From Clostridiaceae bacterium (lineage in GTDB: Bacteria; Bacillota; Clostridia; CAYPLH01; DUMO01): 33,672 nucleotides of DNA. Where the stretch lies: NCBI GenBank assembly GCA_012839865.1, contig DUMO01000007.1, forward strand, positions 1-33,672. The letters are read 5' to 3'. Below the pieces are notes generated by a model, which saw only the letters and a program-made list of their open reading frames with translations, was not told the DNA's origin and made no database searches. Position 1 is the stretch's first letter. The number at the start of each line of letters is the position of its first letter. Shown here one piece after another: positions 1 to 9,389 of this stretch. A program made the translations under genes and the position numbers.

Positions 1-1
1 A

Positions 2-190
2 CACACTACCCCGAATCCCGTAGATTCTCTCATCCTTGCGCAGAAAGAAATAAAAGAAGGAGCAAGGGGAGTAGTATTTGGAAGAAACGCAATTCAAAGG
101 CCGGATCCAATTGCATATCAAAAAGCCTTATGTGAGGTTGTAAAACACGGTATGGATCCAGAAGCGGCGGTTTCCAAATTCGGGTTGTAA
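2..190 (+). CDS. 3' end of a class I (DhnA-type) aldolase, truncated by the window edge
   Basis: Frame starting at base 2 reads ...KEGARGVVFGRNAIQRPDP...KFGL*; GAxGxxxGRN is the DhnA/LsrF-type C-terminal motif. Not in the ORF track because it has no start codon here. Confidence 0.7.
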   Translation, partial: HTTPNPVDSLILAQKEIKEGARGVVFGRNAIQRPDPIAYQKALCEVVKHGMDPEAAVSKFGL

Positions 191-193
191 TTA

Positions 194-235
194 AAAAGCT
201 GCTGCAAGTTTTTAACAAGGCTTGCAGCAGCTTTT
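194..235. terminator. Bidirectional intrinsic terminator
   Basis: Perfect 15-bp inverted repeat AAAAGCTGCTGCAAG / CTTGCAGCAGCTTTT between convergent aldolase and ypeB. Confidence 0.85.
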
Positions 236-342
236 CTGAAAGATTTTTAACTTCGTATTGTTCTGTTCATTGCTGCTTATACGCAATCATATATATTCGG
301 TTCGTAATATCATTTGAAAGCACAAACTCATCTACCAATTAT

Positions 343-1734
343 CTACATTGTAAGTATCCCGTTAGGTGTGTCAAGAATTATCAGGATTTTTTCCTCATGG
401 CCGTTTTCAGCATTTATATAAACCAAAAATTCACGGTCATTCAGCTTTCCTTTAAATTCATGGCAGAAAATTTCCGTTTTGTAGTCTGTAGGTATTATTG
501 CAAGTCCCGTGCTTAAAACTTCCATTCGGGGTGTTATCAGTTTACGGGCTTCCTCCGGGCTGAATTTAACTTCGGGAATTTCCCTTTCCCTATGTGAATA
601 CAAATAACCTTTGCATTCAATGCCCAGCACTTCCCCATCGTCCAGAGCGACCTTGACCTTTACAAGGTCGGGATAAACTGTTACATCTCCCTGTTTGTAG
701 GCATAGTTTATGGTCGCCATGTTGTCTTCCTTTATATAGTATGTGTCAACCATGCTGCCAAAGCCGTGTTCCTCCAAAAAACGCTTTCCGGCTTCTTTTG
801 CCTCTTCCATCTTCAGGATTTCCTGGGGTACCGGGCGGTGCCGAAGGGCCCAGTATACATGGCCGCCCTTTTGGGTTATATCTATAACAGCATCTTCTTC
901 ATCAGGCCGATCCTTAAACAGGACCTGGTAGGAGAAGGTTTTGATTGCTCCATTTTCATTGGGACCTCTAAAGTTTATCTGTCTTATTTTATCAGCACCG
1001 AAAAAGTCCACTACAGATTGCTTTGCCTGCTCCGAATTCAGCATGTCGCCGGTAAGGCCCATTGGCTCAATTGTAGTAAGGTGGTCTGAAAAAGGCCCGT
1101 CATAAATCAGTGTCGGATATTCCTGGAAGGTCTTGTCAATGTCGGTAAATTGCTCTTCCGGCATTTCGGAGGATGCTTTGTTAAAGACTCCTTTACCCTT
1201 TGCGGCCAAATCGCCCCACTTTATCCTTTCGGTAGCCAGCTTGTTTTGAAGATCCGCCAGGCTTTCCTGCAAAGACAGGGCAAACCCGTGAAGCTGTTCA
1301 ATTGTTTTATATTGTTCATCTGACAATTGCTTTCCGTACATGGTCTGATTATTTAAAGCATATGAGAAATCTCCCACCTGAGATAAGAATTTGGACGTAT
1401 TTGCCAGAATGTGTTGAGGTACCGGTATCTGGCCGAGGTTCTCCTGGGCAAGATTGGCTTGGCGCCATGCTTCCTGCAAAGTTGCCGCTGTTCTTTCCTG
1501 GGTTGATGTTATCAAGGATTTCACAAGCAGTGTTTCCACATTGTTAACATATCCAAGCATATCATAAAAAGCCCTGTTGTACATGTTGTCCAGCTTCTGC
1601 TGCAGGCTTATGGCTTGTCTGTACTGGGATAAACCCCAGATTGCAACAGCGCCTATTACAACAATTACAATGCTGTACATTTTTCTGTCGGATAATCGCC
1701 TTTTAAAATCAAGCAGTTTTTCTCTGAATCCCAT
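343..1734 (-). CDS. ypeB: Germination protein YpeB
   Basis: N-terminal TM helix, YPTLIYDGPFSDH motif, PepSY-like C-terminus, directly downstream of sleB. Confidence 0.93.
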   Translation of the reverse strand: MGFREKLLDFKRRLSDRKMYSIVIVVIGAVAIWGLSQYRQAISLQQKLDNMYNRAFYDMLGYVNNVETLLVKSLITSTQERTAATLQEAWRQANLAQENLGQIPVPQHILANTSKFLSQVGDFSYALNNQTMYGKQLSDEQYKTIEQLHGFALSLQESLADLQNKLATERIKWGDLAAKGKGVFNKASSEMPEEQFTDIDKTFQEYPTLIYDGPFSDHLTTIEPMGLTGDMLNSEQAKQSVVDFFGADKIRQINFRGPNENGAIKTFSYQVLFKDRPDEEDAVIDITQKGGHVYWALRHRPVPQEILKMEEAKEAGKRFLEEHGFGSMVDTYYIKEDNMATINYAYKQGDVTVYPDLVKVKVALDDGEVLGIECKGYLYSHREREIPEVKFSPEEARKLITPRMEVLSTGLAIIPTDYKTEIFCHEFKGKLNDREFLVYINAENGHEEKILIILDTPNGILTM

Positions 1735-1758
1735 AATTTATTTTCCTCCAGGCATTTA

Positions 1759-2442
1759 TTATATTCCAAAATTGTGCTTCCCTATTTTTGTAATTATTTT
1801 TCTGCTCCAAATCCATTTGCTTGTAGCTGTAGCCGGATTCCAGTAGTAAAGGCATCCGTTGGTGGGATCCCACCCGTTTAGAGCATCCCTTGCCGCCTTG
1901 ACCACTGTGGAGTTGGGGTCGATGGGAACATTTATCTGTCCGTCGGATACGGCGGTAAAGGCTCCTGGTTGGTAGATCACTCCTGCGATGGTATTTGGAA
2001 ATTTAGGGTCCCGGGTTCTGTTCAAAATAACAGCTCCTACCGCCACCTGGCCTTCGTAAGGTTCCCCTCTGGCTTCACCGTTTATTGCACGGGCTAAAAG
2101 CTGTTCATTGCTTATTTGAGTTCCCTGAGCATAAGCTGTACCTGCTTTTACATACTTTCTCAGACCTATAGCTGCTAAAGTGTCCGAGTCTGCTATGCCG
2201 CTGGGGTATAAACCGTAGCATTCCTGAAAACGCCTGACTGCTAAAAATGTATCCAGGTCGTAGAATCCATCAGCTGTACCGTCATAGTATTCCCAGTTTT
2301 TGAGTCTTTGCTGAAGGCTTTTTACCTCTTCACCATAGTTCCCCGGGTAAAGGGCAGGTCCGGCAACAATGAAATACCGGCTAAGTGTAAACATACTGAA
2401 TATAATGGTTAAGATAAGTATGAATTTTAATTTCCTTAACAA
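1759..2442 (-). CDS. sleB: Spore cortex-lytic enzyme SleB
   Basis: Signal peptide, PG-binding domain (DGTADGFY..T..AVRRFQ), Hydrolase_2 domain (LLARAINGEARGEPYEGQVAVGAVILNR, IYQPGAF). Confidence 0.93.
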   Translation of the reverse strand: MLRKLKFILILTIIFSMFTLSRYFIVAGPALYPGNYGEEVKSLQQRLKNWEYYDGTADGFYDLDTFLAVRRFQECYGLYPSGIADSDTLAAIGLRKYVKAGTAYAQGTQISNEQLLARAINGEARGEPYEGQVAVGAVILNRTRDPKFPNTIAGVIYQPGAFTAVSDGQINVPIDPNSTVVKAARDALNGWDPTNGCLYYWNPATATSKWIWSRKIITKIGKHNFGI

Positions 2443-2543
2443 TAAAATCCTCCTCCCAGAATGTAGTTAAGGCTGATTTGAGTATGTTTGAACCCAAACC
2501 GGCAAAATGAAATTTCCCTATATATTTGGATTTTCATATCTTT

Positions 2544-2572
2544 TATTTTTTGTTGGTTAATGAAAAATATTC
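2544..2572 (-). promoter_or_regulatory. Possible SigG/SigF promoter of sleB-ypeB
   Basis: Minus strand GAATA-N17-AAAAATA; sleB is SigG-dependent in B. subtilis. Weak match in AT-rich DNA. Confidence 0.35.
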
Positions 2573-2955
2573 ATATTAAACTGTGTTTTGACTTTTTCAC
2601 ATTTTTTGCATGCAAGTTAGTTCAAGATATTTTCCGGGTAATAATTAATACATAAACTTGTTTTTCATACAAAACCGGAGCATCTTTGCTACACCGTTGC
2701 TTCAGGGTTTTTCGGCGTAAACACAGAGATAATCATCACGTTTTTCAATAAAGGCAATGTAGAAATTGAATATTATGTAAAATTGCTGTCTATAATTATT
2801 AAAACCAGGAAACTTTTAAAAAGTGGCAGCTATGTTGACTGCATATTGAGTGGTTCAAGCAAAATGAGGAATTCCAAAAGTTAATGACCTGAAAATTCAT
2901 CCGGTTTGACGTTCCGGACAGGGTTCCAGGTTGCATTGCAAAAGGAGGTGTACCT

Positions 2956-3258
2956 ATGAATGCCAATGCTGAAAAACTGCAGAAAATAAATCAAAACGGT
3001 TTTATATTAAAGCTTATGAATGTTTTTACGGAGAAAAAGGTGGAACAGGCAAGCGAAGAAGTTGAGCTTCTGAACATGATAGATGAAGCCAAGAGAGCTT
3101 TGGACTGCGCCAAAATGAACTTTGAAGAAGCAAAGGAAAAAGAAATCATTGATCACTACATATACAGCATTAAAGCCTGCGAAGCCAAGTATGAATATTT
3201 AATGCGGGAAGCAAAAAGACGCGGTCTTAGAGCCGGCATTAACAGGTTGATCAGCTGA
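2956..3258 (+). CDS. yaaL: YaaL-family (DUF2508) protein
   Basis: AGGAGG RBS; NFEEA...IDHYIYSIKACEAKYEYLMREAK pattern; lies upstream of bofA. Confidence 0.8.
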   Translation: MNANAEKLQKINQNGFILKLMNVFTEKKVEQASEEVELLNMIDEAKRALDCAKMNFEEAKEKEIIDHYIYSIKACEAKYEYLMREAKRRGLRAGINRLIS

Positions 3259-3600
3259 TGCGTGCCATTCTGAAAAAAGGTTAAAAAAAGAGGCACTGTA
3301 ACCGGAAGGAGCTTAAAATGTCATTGGCCGCGTCTTTTTTTTGCTGAATAATATTTCCCGAAAGCAAATCAAACCGGTTCAATATGTATATATTCCGCAG
3401 GAAGTTATCTCCTGGTACCATATATTGTATGCAAAGTTCAACCTGAATACTTTTTGGGAATTCATTTGTACTAAATCCTCATAATATTATATATATTATT
3501 ATATAGTTGTATTAAAATCGGTAGCTTATGACTGGAGCAAACAAAACGCTTTATGTTTGCCTGCATTATTTGTTAATAACCTTAAGATAGGTGTGAGGAT

Positions 3601-3867
3601 ATGGCTATAGAACTAAGTGTTATTGTTGCCTACGCAGTGGGTATTTTGCTTTTATTTCTGATTGGACGGGCTTTCCTTATTCCCATCAAAATATTGCTGA
3701 AACTGATATACAATGCTGTTGTTGGCGGAATTGCCATCATACTGATCAATTTAATCGGGAGCTTCTTTAATTTCAGTCTCGCATTGAATTTCGGAACAGC
3801 CCTGATAGTTGGATTTTTAGGTGTTCCCGGCGTTATCCTGCTGGTAATTCTTAAATTTATTATGTGA
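3601..3867 (+). CDS. bofA: Pro-sigmaK processing inhibitor BofA
   Basis: 88-aa hydrophobic protein with N..TAL..G.LGVPGV motif; follows yaaL. Confidence 0.85.
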   Translation: MAIELSVIVAYAVGILLLFLIGRAFLIPIKILLKLIYNAVVGGIAIILINLIGSFFNFSLALNFGTALIVGFLGVPGVILLVILKFIM

Positions 3868-4018
3868 GAATTTTAAACCTGGCATTATGTAAATATTTCT
3901 TTCCATTGTGCATATTATAGAGTAAGAAATAATTCTAAAATAGAATGCAAAATCCTTGTATTTTAAAGGGCTTGAGGCATGCCCGGGGATTTTGGTTCTT
4001 CATATAAAGGTGGTTGTT

Positions 4019-4249
4019 ATGTGTGATATAAAAGTAGGAGATATAGTATGCCGAAAATCGTATGGTTCTGACGTTATATTCAAGGTTGTGGCGGTTAAAG
4101 AGGAAGGCAGCCAGGTAATTGCCGATCTTAAGGGGATAAACTGCAGGTTAATGGCGGATGCTCCCCGGGAAGACCTGGAACTGCATGAGGTACATGTTGA
4201 AATGCACCGGGGACCATTGCGAAAGCTCGCCGGACGAGCCAAAAAATAA
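4019..4249 (+). CDS. Short protein matching only the N-terminal domain of sporulation peptidase YabG
   Basis: MCDIKVGDIVCRKSYGSDVIFKV...LKGINCRLMADAPREDL matches the YabG N-terminus; AAGGTGG RBS before ATG 4019; ends after 76 aa. Confidence 0.65.
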   Translation: MCDIKVGDIVCRKSYGSDVIFKVVAVKEEGSQVIADLKGINCRLMADAPREDLELHEVHVEMHRGPLRKLAGRAKK

Positions 4250-4352
4250 TACGGCTCAGGATGAAGCAAAGGAAATGTAACCAATTTTCACAATGTGAAG
4301 CAACAAAACAACGCGGCTCAGGAAGAAATGTGCCAATACCGCCTGCAGAGCG

Positions 4353-4416
4353 CCTATACCTTGCCGTAAAAGCAGTATTTGAGCTGATTGTTCATGACAG
4401 GTGCCTGAACACTAAC
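4353..4416 (+). repeat. Solo arm of palindromic element family B
   Basis: CCTATACCTTGCCGTAAAAGCAGTATTTGAGCTGATTGTTCATGACAGGTGCCTGAACACTAAC closely matches the reverse complement of 23494-23556. Confidence 0.85.
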
Positions 4417-4454
4417 CGCCTGTAAAATGTATGGAATGCTTTTATTTCATCTGA

Positions 4455-4483
4455 TTGCGTACATGAGTAAAAAAGAATATAAT
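4455..4483 (+). promoter_or_regulatory. SigA-type promoter of the glycosyltransferase
   Basis: TTGCGT-N17-TATAAT, about 40 bp upstream of the ATG. Confidence 0.6.
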
Positions 4484-4524
4484 ATTTATTGAAATTGTGG
4501 TTAAAGTTGTTTTATGAGGCGTTT

Positions 4525-5634
4525 ATGAGGATATTATATTTGACCGTATCTGTAGGCGGAGGACACTTAAAGGCTGCAGAAGCCATAAAGGGATGTTTTG
4601 AGACCAAATATCCCGGCTCACAACATATGATAATTGATGCTTTAAAGTATGTTAATCCTGTACTTGACAAGATTGTTGTGGGCAGCTATTTGAGCACAAT
4701 TAAAACTACGCCGCAACTTTATAGAATTCTGTACAAGCGTTCAGAGACAGGTGACAATATTTATGACTTCAGCAGTAAAGTAAGTCAGTTATTGTCTTTT
4801 AAAATGATGGATTTGATTGAAGATTTCAAGCCAGATGCCATCATATGCACCCACCCGTTCTCCCTCCAGTTTATGTCACGCTTCAAAACAAAAAAAGGAA
4901 TGACCATTCCAATTATAGCCACATTAACGGATTTCAACGTACATTCCTTCTGGCTGTACGATTTTATTGATGCATATGTAGTTGCTCACGAATACATGAA
5001 GTATGATATGGTTAAAAGGGGAATTCCTGAGGGAAAAATTTTCCCGTACGGGATACCGGTATCTGATAAGTTTCTTGAAAAGAAGGAACGAAGCAAGCTT
5101 ATTGAGGAATTCAATCTGGAGGACAGGAAATATACCGCTCTTGTAATGGGGGGCAGCCTGGGTTTCGGGAAAATGATCGATTCAATCCGTTCCCTCGCAG
5201 AGAGTGACCTGGATCATCAGATAATAGTGATAACAGGGAAAAACAACCGGAAGGAAAATGAATTAAAACAGCTTGCCTCTGAAATGGGAAAACCCATAAA
5301 AATTATAAGCTATACCGATAGAGTGGCCGATTACATGGAGGTTTCCGATTTTATCATTACAAAACCCGGGGGAATGACTCTGGCGGAATCTCTGGTCAAA
5401 GTCCTTCCCATATTTATCGTTTCACCGATTCCTGGCCATGAGGAAGACAATGCCCAGTTCCTGCTCAACATGGGTTGTGCGGTGAGGATATGGAAATACA
5501 CGGATATGGATATCATAATCAAGGAAACTATTGAAAACCCCCTCAGACTGAATCAAATGAAGGAAATGGCGAAATTTCTTGCAAGACCCTATGCCGCTGA
5601 AAACACAGTGACTCTGGTGGAAAATCTCATTTAA
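4525..5634 (+). CDS. Diacylglycerol glycosyltransferase (MGDG synthase / UgtP family, GT28)
   Basis: MRILYLTVSVGGGH, CTHPF, TDF..H..W, GIPV, MGGSLG, ITKPGG.T..E, PIPG.EE.NA motifs. Start moved to ATG 4525. Confidence 0.88.
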   Translation: MRILYLTVSVGGGHLKAAEAIKGCFETKYPGSQHMIIDALKYVNPVLDKIVVGSYLSTIKTTPQLYRILYKRSETGDNIYDFSSKVSQLLSFKMMDLIEDFKPDAIICTHPFSLQFMSRFKTKKGMTIPIIATLTDFNVHSFWLYDFIDAYVVAHEYMKYDMVKRGIPEGKIFPYGIPVSDKFLEKKERSKLIEEFNLEDRKYTALVMGGSLGFGKMIDSIRSLAESDLDHQIIVITGKNNRKENELKQLASEMGKPIKIISYTDRVADYMEVSDFIITKPGGMTLAESLVKVLPIFIVSPIPGHEEDNAQFLLNMGCAVRIWKYTDMDIIIKETIENPLRLNQMKEMAKFLARPYAAENTVTLVENLI

Positions 5635-5686
5635 TACTATATCTGAACAATAACTACCAAACTGATGCTTTTTTAAAAACGCTTAT

Positions 5687-6082
5687 CTAAACCTGTTTAT
5701 CTACTGTCCTGATGATTGCAAAAGCAACCGCATAATTATCGCTATGGGACAAACTCAGGGATATACCGGCGCCACTAATGCTGTCAAACAGCTCCCGGGC
5801 TTTTCCTGAAAGCTTTACATAGGGCTTTCCCCTGTCATCATTAATTACTTCAATGTCTTTCAACGCTACACCTTCTGCAATACCCGTTCCCAAAGCCTTG
5901 GATACTGCTTCCTTTGCCGCAAAACGGGCAGCATAGCTTTTATATTTTGATTTGCTTTTGCTTTCGCAATAAAGTATTTCATTTTCAGTAAAGACTCTTG
6001 ATTTGAAAGATGAGCCGTTTCTTTCAAGGGCCTTTTCAATTCTGTTGATTTCAACAATATCTGTTCCGCAAAATATATTCAT
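5687..6082 (-). CDS. acpS: Holo-ACP synthase
   Basis: GTDIVEINRI, AARFAAKEAVSKALGTG, GKP, SLSHS motifs. Confidence 0.95.
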   Translation of the reverse strand: MNIFCGTDIVEINRIEKALERNGSSFKSRVFTENEILYCESKSKSKYKSYAARFAAKEAVSKALGTGIAEGVALKDIEVINDDRGKPYVKLSGKARELFDSISGAGISLSLSHSDNYAVAFAIIRTVDKQV

Positions 6083-6118
6083 GGCAACCTCAACTTCAAT
6101 AGTTCCTGGTATGGTTTT

Positions 6119-7465
6119 TTAAAATTCTTTCAGGGTATCATCAATAATGCAATATGTTGTGGCAAGTATCTCATTCTTTAATTCTATGGCCAGGTCCTTT
6201 ATCTGTATTCTTACATTAGGGTACCCCCTGCTTTTTATGCATACCTCGCCTTCGCCTTTTGCCTTGAGGTACTTGTTTAATTGATTGCTTTTTTCCAACA
6301 ATTCGTGCAATTGCCGGTTAAGGTTCAAAATATCTTTTGGCTTCATGAAATCTGAGTTTGCAAGAGTTTTGCGCAACGAACGTATTTCCGCATCCAGATT
6401 TTCAAGCTCCGACAAAAGGGCTGCACGGCTGAATCCTTTTATAATGACAACCGTTCGTCTTTCGGTAGGCGAGCCTATTATGGGCGAAACAACTCTTATT
6501 TCCGCATTAACCTGCCCCCCTATAATCTGACCTGCCGGGGAGTCGATTATTACCTGCTTTGCAGTTATTGTGCTGTTTATGGCATATAAGCCGATATGCA
6601 CGTCCCCTTCGGAGATAATTGTTGCATCGGATACATATTTTGTATATACATCCTTTTTAGCCTTTATTACAGCCTGATTCTTGCCGGCAATGCCCCCCCT
6701 TATGTATATGCTTCCCTCATTGCTTGCTATTTCCTTTACCTGGCCAATACCGTAGGGACCCAATATTTCTATGTCTTTGCCGGCTATTACCGAAAAATTG
6801 TCTTCAACCGAACCTTTGATGGTTACGTAGCCATCAAATTTAATATTGCCAAACTTGAAACCCACATTGCCGCCTATCTCAAGATGGTTGGACACACCCA
6901 ACATATTGTCGTGGAAGTGCACCGCCCCGTCAATTGCGGCATACAAATGGGTAACCCCGTCCTTATATTCTTCAACAACGGTTTTTTTGTCATACTCAAG
7001 TGGAATTTTCCTTCCGTCCCTGGCAGGAATTTTTTTGCCTCTTACTGAAGTTCCCGGAATTCCTGAAGTAGGTTCTGTTCTCGTGGCAAGCCATTCACCC
7101 TTTTTTACCATGTTTATAAGGCTCAACTCATATTGGTCAACATTGCCGTCCTTCTTCAGCTCAGGCTTTACCTTCTTTAGTTGATACAAATCAACCTTTG
7201 AATCTTCCCCGTCAACAGGTGCAACTCCCTGGGCTGCTATGAATTTTTGATTTACAGTCAGCCTGTTGGCCAGGTCCCGATAGACACCAAAAACAACACC
7301 TTTGTCAAAAAGAGCCTGAAGTACAAGTTTTAAAAACTTGGACCTGTCGTTTTCAAGTTCAGACTCGGTTGCTGTTATGGTGACAAAAGCAGTAAGCTCG
7401 TCCTCTGATATCTCAACTGTAATATTGTCTTTTAACCGGTTTTGAATTAACGGCTCATTTTGCAT
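6119..7465 (-). CDS. DUF342 / FapA-family protein
   Basis: AQG..PVDG.D, VKKGE.LA......G.PG..V.G..IP...G, GNV.F..GNI.FDG.V.I.GSV beta-helix repeats. Confidence 0.85.
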   Translation of the reverse strand: MQNEPLIQNRLKDNITVEISEDELTAFVTITATESELENDRSKFLKLVLQALFDKGVVFGVYRDLANRLTVNQKFIAAQGVAPVDGEDSKVDLYQLKKVKPELKKDGNVDQYELSLINMVKKGEWLATRTEPTSGIPGTSVRGKKIPARDGRKIPLEYDKKTVVEEYKDGVTHLYAAIDGAVHFHDNMLGVSNHLEIGGNVGFKFGNIKFDGYVTIKGSVEDNFSVIAGKDIEILGPYGIGQVKEIASNEGSIYIRGGIAGKNQAVIKAKKDVYTKYVSDATIISEGDVHIGLYAINSTITAKQVIIDSPAGQIIGGQVNAEIRVVSPIIGSPTERRTVVIIKGFSRAALLSELENLDAEIRSLRKTLANSDFMKPKDILNLNRQLHELLEKSNQLNKYLKAKGEGEVCIKSRGYPNVRIQIKDLAIELKNEILATTYCIIDDTLKEF

Positions 7466-7489
7466 TATAACACCCCTGAAGGAAATTAT

Positions 7490-7518
7490 ATTCTAAAAAA
7501 CACACTAAAATTGCGCAA
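7490..7518 (-). promoter_or_regulatory. Possible SigA promoter of DUF342-acpS
   Basis: Minus strand TTGCGC-N17-TAGAAT. Confidence 0.45.
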
Positions 7519-7598
7519 AAAAGCATAAATAGAGTGCTTTCCTGCCATTATTCATCGGCGCACAAAGACATTAGCACTCTATTTTGTAGTCTCTCCTT

Positions 7599-8393
7599 TC
7601 AAATACGGAGACGATTTTTTTTCCTGCTTTCAAGAACGCTGTCAAGAGCCATGGCTTCGACGATTACATCGTCCAAATGGTTCAGCGTTTCACTGGACTC
7701 AATGTTTGATATGATTTGGTGTTTGAACATCCCGATGCTGCTTTCCATAAAATCTAGTTTGGTTCTTATTTTTTCCAGCTCATTTTTTTCTTCATTGACT
7801 CTTGAAATAATTTTACGGTCGAGTTCAATCATCTGGCTTATATTTTGCGCTACATCAGGGTCATTTATAAAATTAATTTTTCTTGTATTCTCGTTTAATC
7901 GGGTAATAATTTCATCAATTTTTACATGGGCAAGTTCTCTGCTTCGGATGCAAAAGTTGGTAAGCAATTTAATATATGAAACCACCAGGTTCAAAGTCTT
8001 CTCCACAATGTTCTCCTTCAACTCGCTTTGACTTCCGCGGAAAAAGGATTCAAATATTTCATTCCTGTCGTCCATGACTTTTTTCAGCTTTTTATAATAC
8101 ACGGCATTGGTATATTTTTTAGCTGTTGCAAAAAGTTTAAGACAGGTATTGTTCAGCATTTTGATAGTTTTCACCTTTTGCCTGTGCAAAAAGTTGTCTA
8201 CAAAACGCTTATCCAGTGTACTATAAATCACAAAACCTGCATATACCGCAAAACCTGCGGCATATAAGGCAGGACCGGGTGCAATTCTATCCGGAGCCAT
8301 GTTTTGAATTAAATAAACAAAAGCTTCCGAAGTAAGCAATACACCTATATTCCTTTTATCCATGAGTGCGCTCGCCAACAATTTAAACTTCAT
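7599..8393 (-). CDS. Hypothetical protein: two N-terminal hydrophobic segments plus helical/coiled-coil body
   Basis: 264-aa ORF with RBS-like GGAGTA, 35 bp downstream of the PspA-family gene; family not recognised. Confidence 0.75.
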   Translation of the reverse strand: MKFKLLASALMDKRNIGVLLTSEAFVYLIQNMAPDRIAPGPALYAAGFAVYAGFVIYSTLDKRFVDNFLHRQKVKTIKMLNNTCLKLFATAKKYTNAVYYKKLKKVMDDRNEIFESFFRGSQSELKENIVEKTLNLVVSYIKLLTNFCIRSRELAHVKIDEIITRLNENTRKINFINDPDVAQNISQMIELDRKIISRVNEEKNELEKIRTKLDFMESSIGMFKHQIISNIESSETLNHLDDVIVEAMALDSVLESRKKNRLRI

Positions 8394-8427
8394 GGTTACT
8401 CCCGAACTTATGTTAATAAAGCATTAA

Positions 8428-9165
8428 TCAGCTTTCCAGATTACTTGCCTTGTTATCGATTTTCTCCTTTACCTCAAAACCCTTATCTCCGCCAAGCATG
8501 GCTTCAGCCCTGGCCAGAGCCCTGTCCCTTGCAGAGTTCATATCGAGACGTTTCAGTTTCATGTCAATGTTATCACTGCTCAAAGATTCCATGGCATTTG
8601 CACGGGCTGTCTTTTTGTTTACGATTTCCCTTGCACGCTCTAAGTCTTCATTAATCCGGCTTATTTGATTTTCATGAGAAGCGAATTTGGAGTTCATCGC
8701 ATTTATATTTTCCTTGAAATTTGCAAGTTTCGCCTGGGATTTCAAGGTTCTTATTTCATTCAGCTTGGCATTCATTTCAGACTCAAAAATTTTGAAATCT
8801 TCACGGATCTTTGCAACTTCTGCCATGGCGGATTCATATGTAGCCTTATGGGCTTCATATGCCGACTGGTATTCTTCCTCTTGCATAAGCAGTTCAACAA
8901 GTTCTTCCTTCTTTCCCTGCTTTGTTGCTGATTCGATTCTGGCACGAATCGAATTTAACTTGTTTTCTGCGGTTTTCAATTCAATTTTTATCATTTCGGC
9001 ATTGGTCTGTACTTCCACAATCTGATTTTCGGCTTTTTTCCTGGCTTTCTCCAGTTGATTTTTTATATCCTCAAAAAGAATATCAGGATTTTTTTCTTCA
9101 AGCCTGCCTATGAACAAACCAAAGAAACCTCTTATTAAAGCGCCTAGTCTACTAAAAAAACCCAT
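8428..9165 (-). CDS. pspA: PspA/IM30 (ESCRT-III superfamily) protein
   Basis: Amphipathic N-terminal helix (MGFFSRLGALIRGFF), conserved E.KNP, long heptad coiled coil, AGGAGG RBS. Confidence 0.85.
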   Translation of the reverse strand: MGFFSRLGALIRGFFGLFIGRLEEKNPDILFEDIKNQLEKARKKAENQIVEVQTNAEMIKIELKTAENKLNSIRARIESATKQGKKEELVELLMQEEEYQSAYEAHKATYESAMAEVAKIREDFKIFESEMNAKLNEIRTLKSQAKLANFKENINAMNSKFASHENQISRINEDLERAREIVNKKTARANAMESLSSDNIDMKLKRLDMNSARDRALARAEAMLGGDKGFEVKEKIDNKASNLES

Positions 9166-9361
9166 AATTTTTACCTCCTGTTATGTTTTGGAGCATTCGC
9201 TGCCCATAAGACCGTTTAAAATCAGACTTCACATCGGCCTTTTGTGTTATGATAATTGGTTTTTAAATTTCAACCTTTTGCCGCTTGCTTAAGAAAGCCG
9301 GCTAAAAACTGAACAGGTAAATATTTTCAGCAATATGTAAAATCAAGGTTTTTATACTGCT

Positions 9362-9389
9362 ATTATAACACATTGCCACTGCTGTGCAA
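9362..9389 (-). promoter_or_regulatory. SigA extended -10 promoter of pspA with overlapping inverted repeat
   Basis: Minus strand TTGCAC-N16-TATAAT with TGn; ATTGC-N9-GCAAT at 9372-9390. Confidence 0.6.

Noticed and set aside
4250..4480. Frameshifted continuation of yabG
   Set aside because: Other frames stop quickly and none contains the YabG catalytic-region motifs.
7527..7584. CIRCE (HrcA operator)
   Set aside because: TTAGCACTC is present but the half-sites are in reversed order and over 30 bp apart, not TTAGCACTC-N9-GAGTGCTAA.
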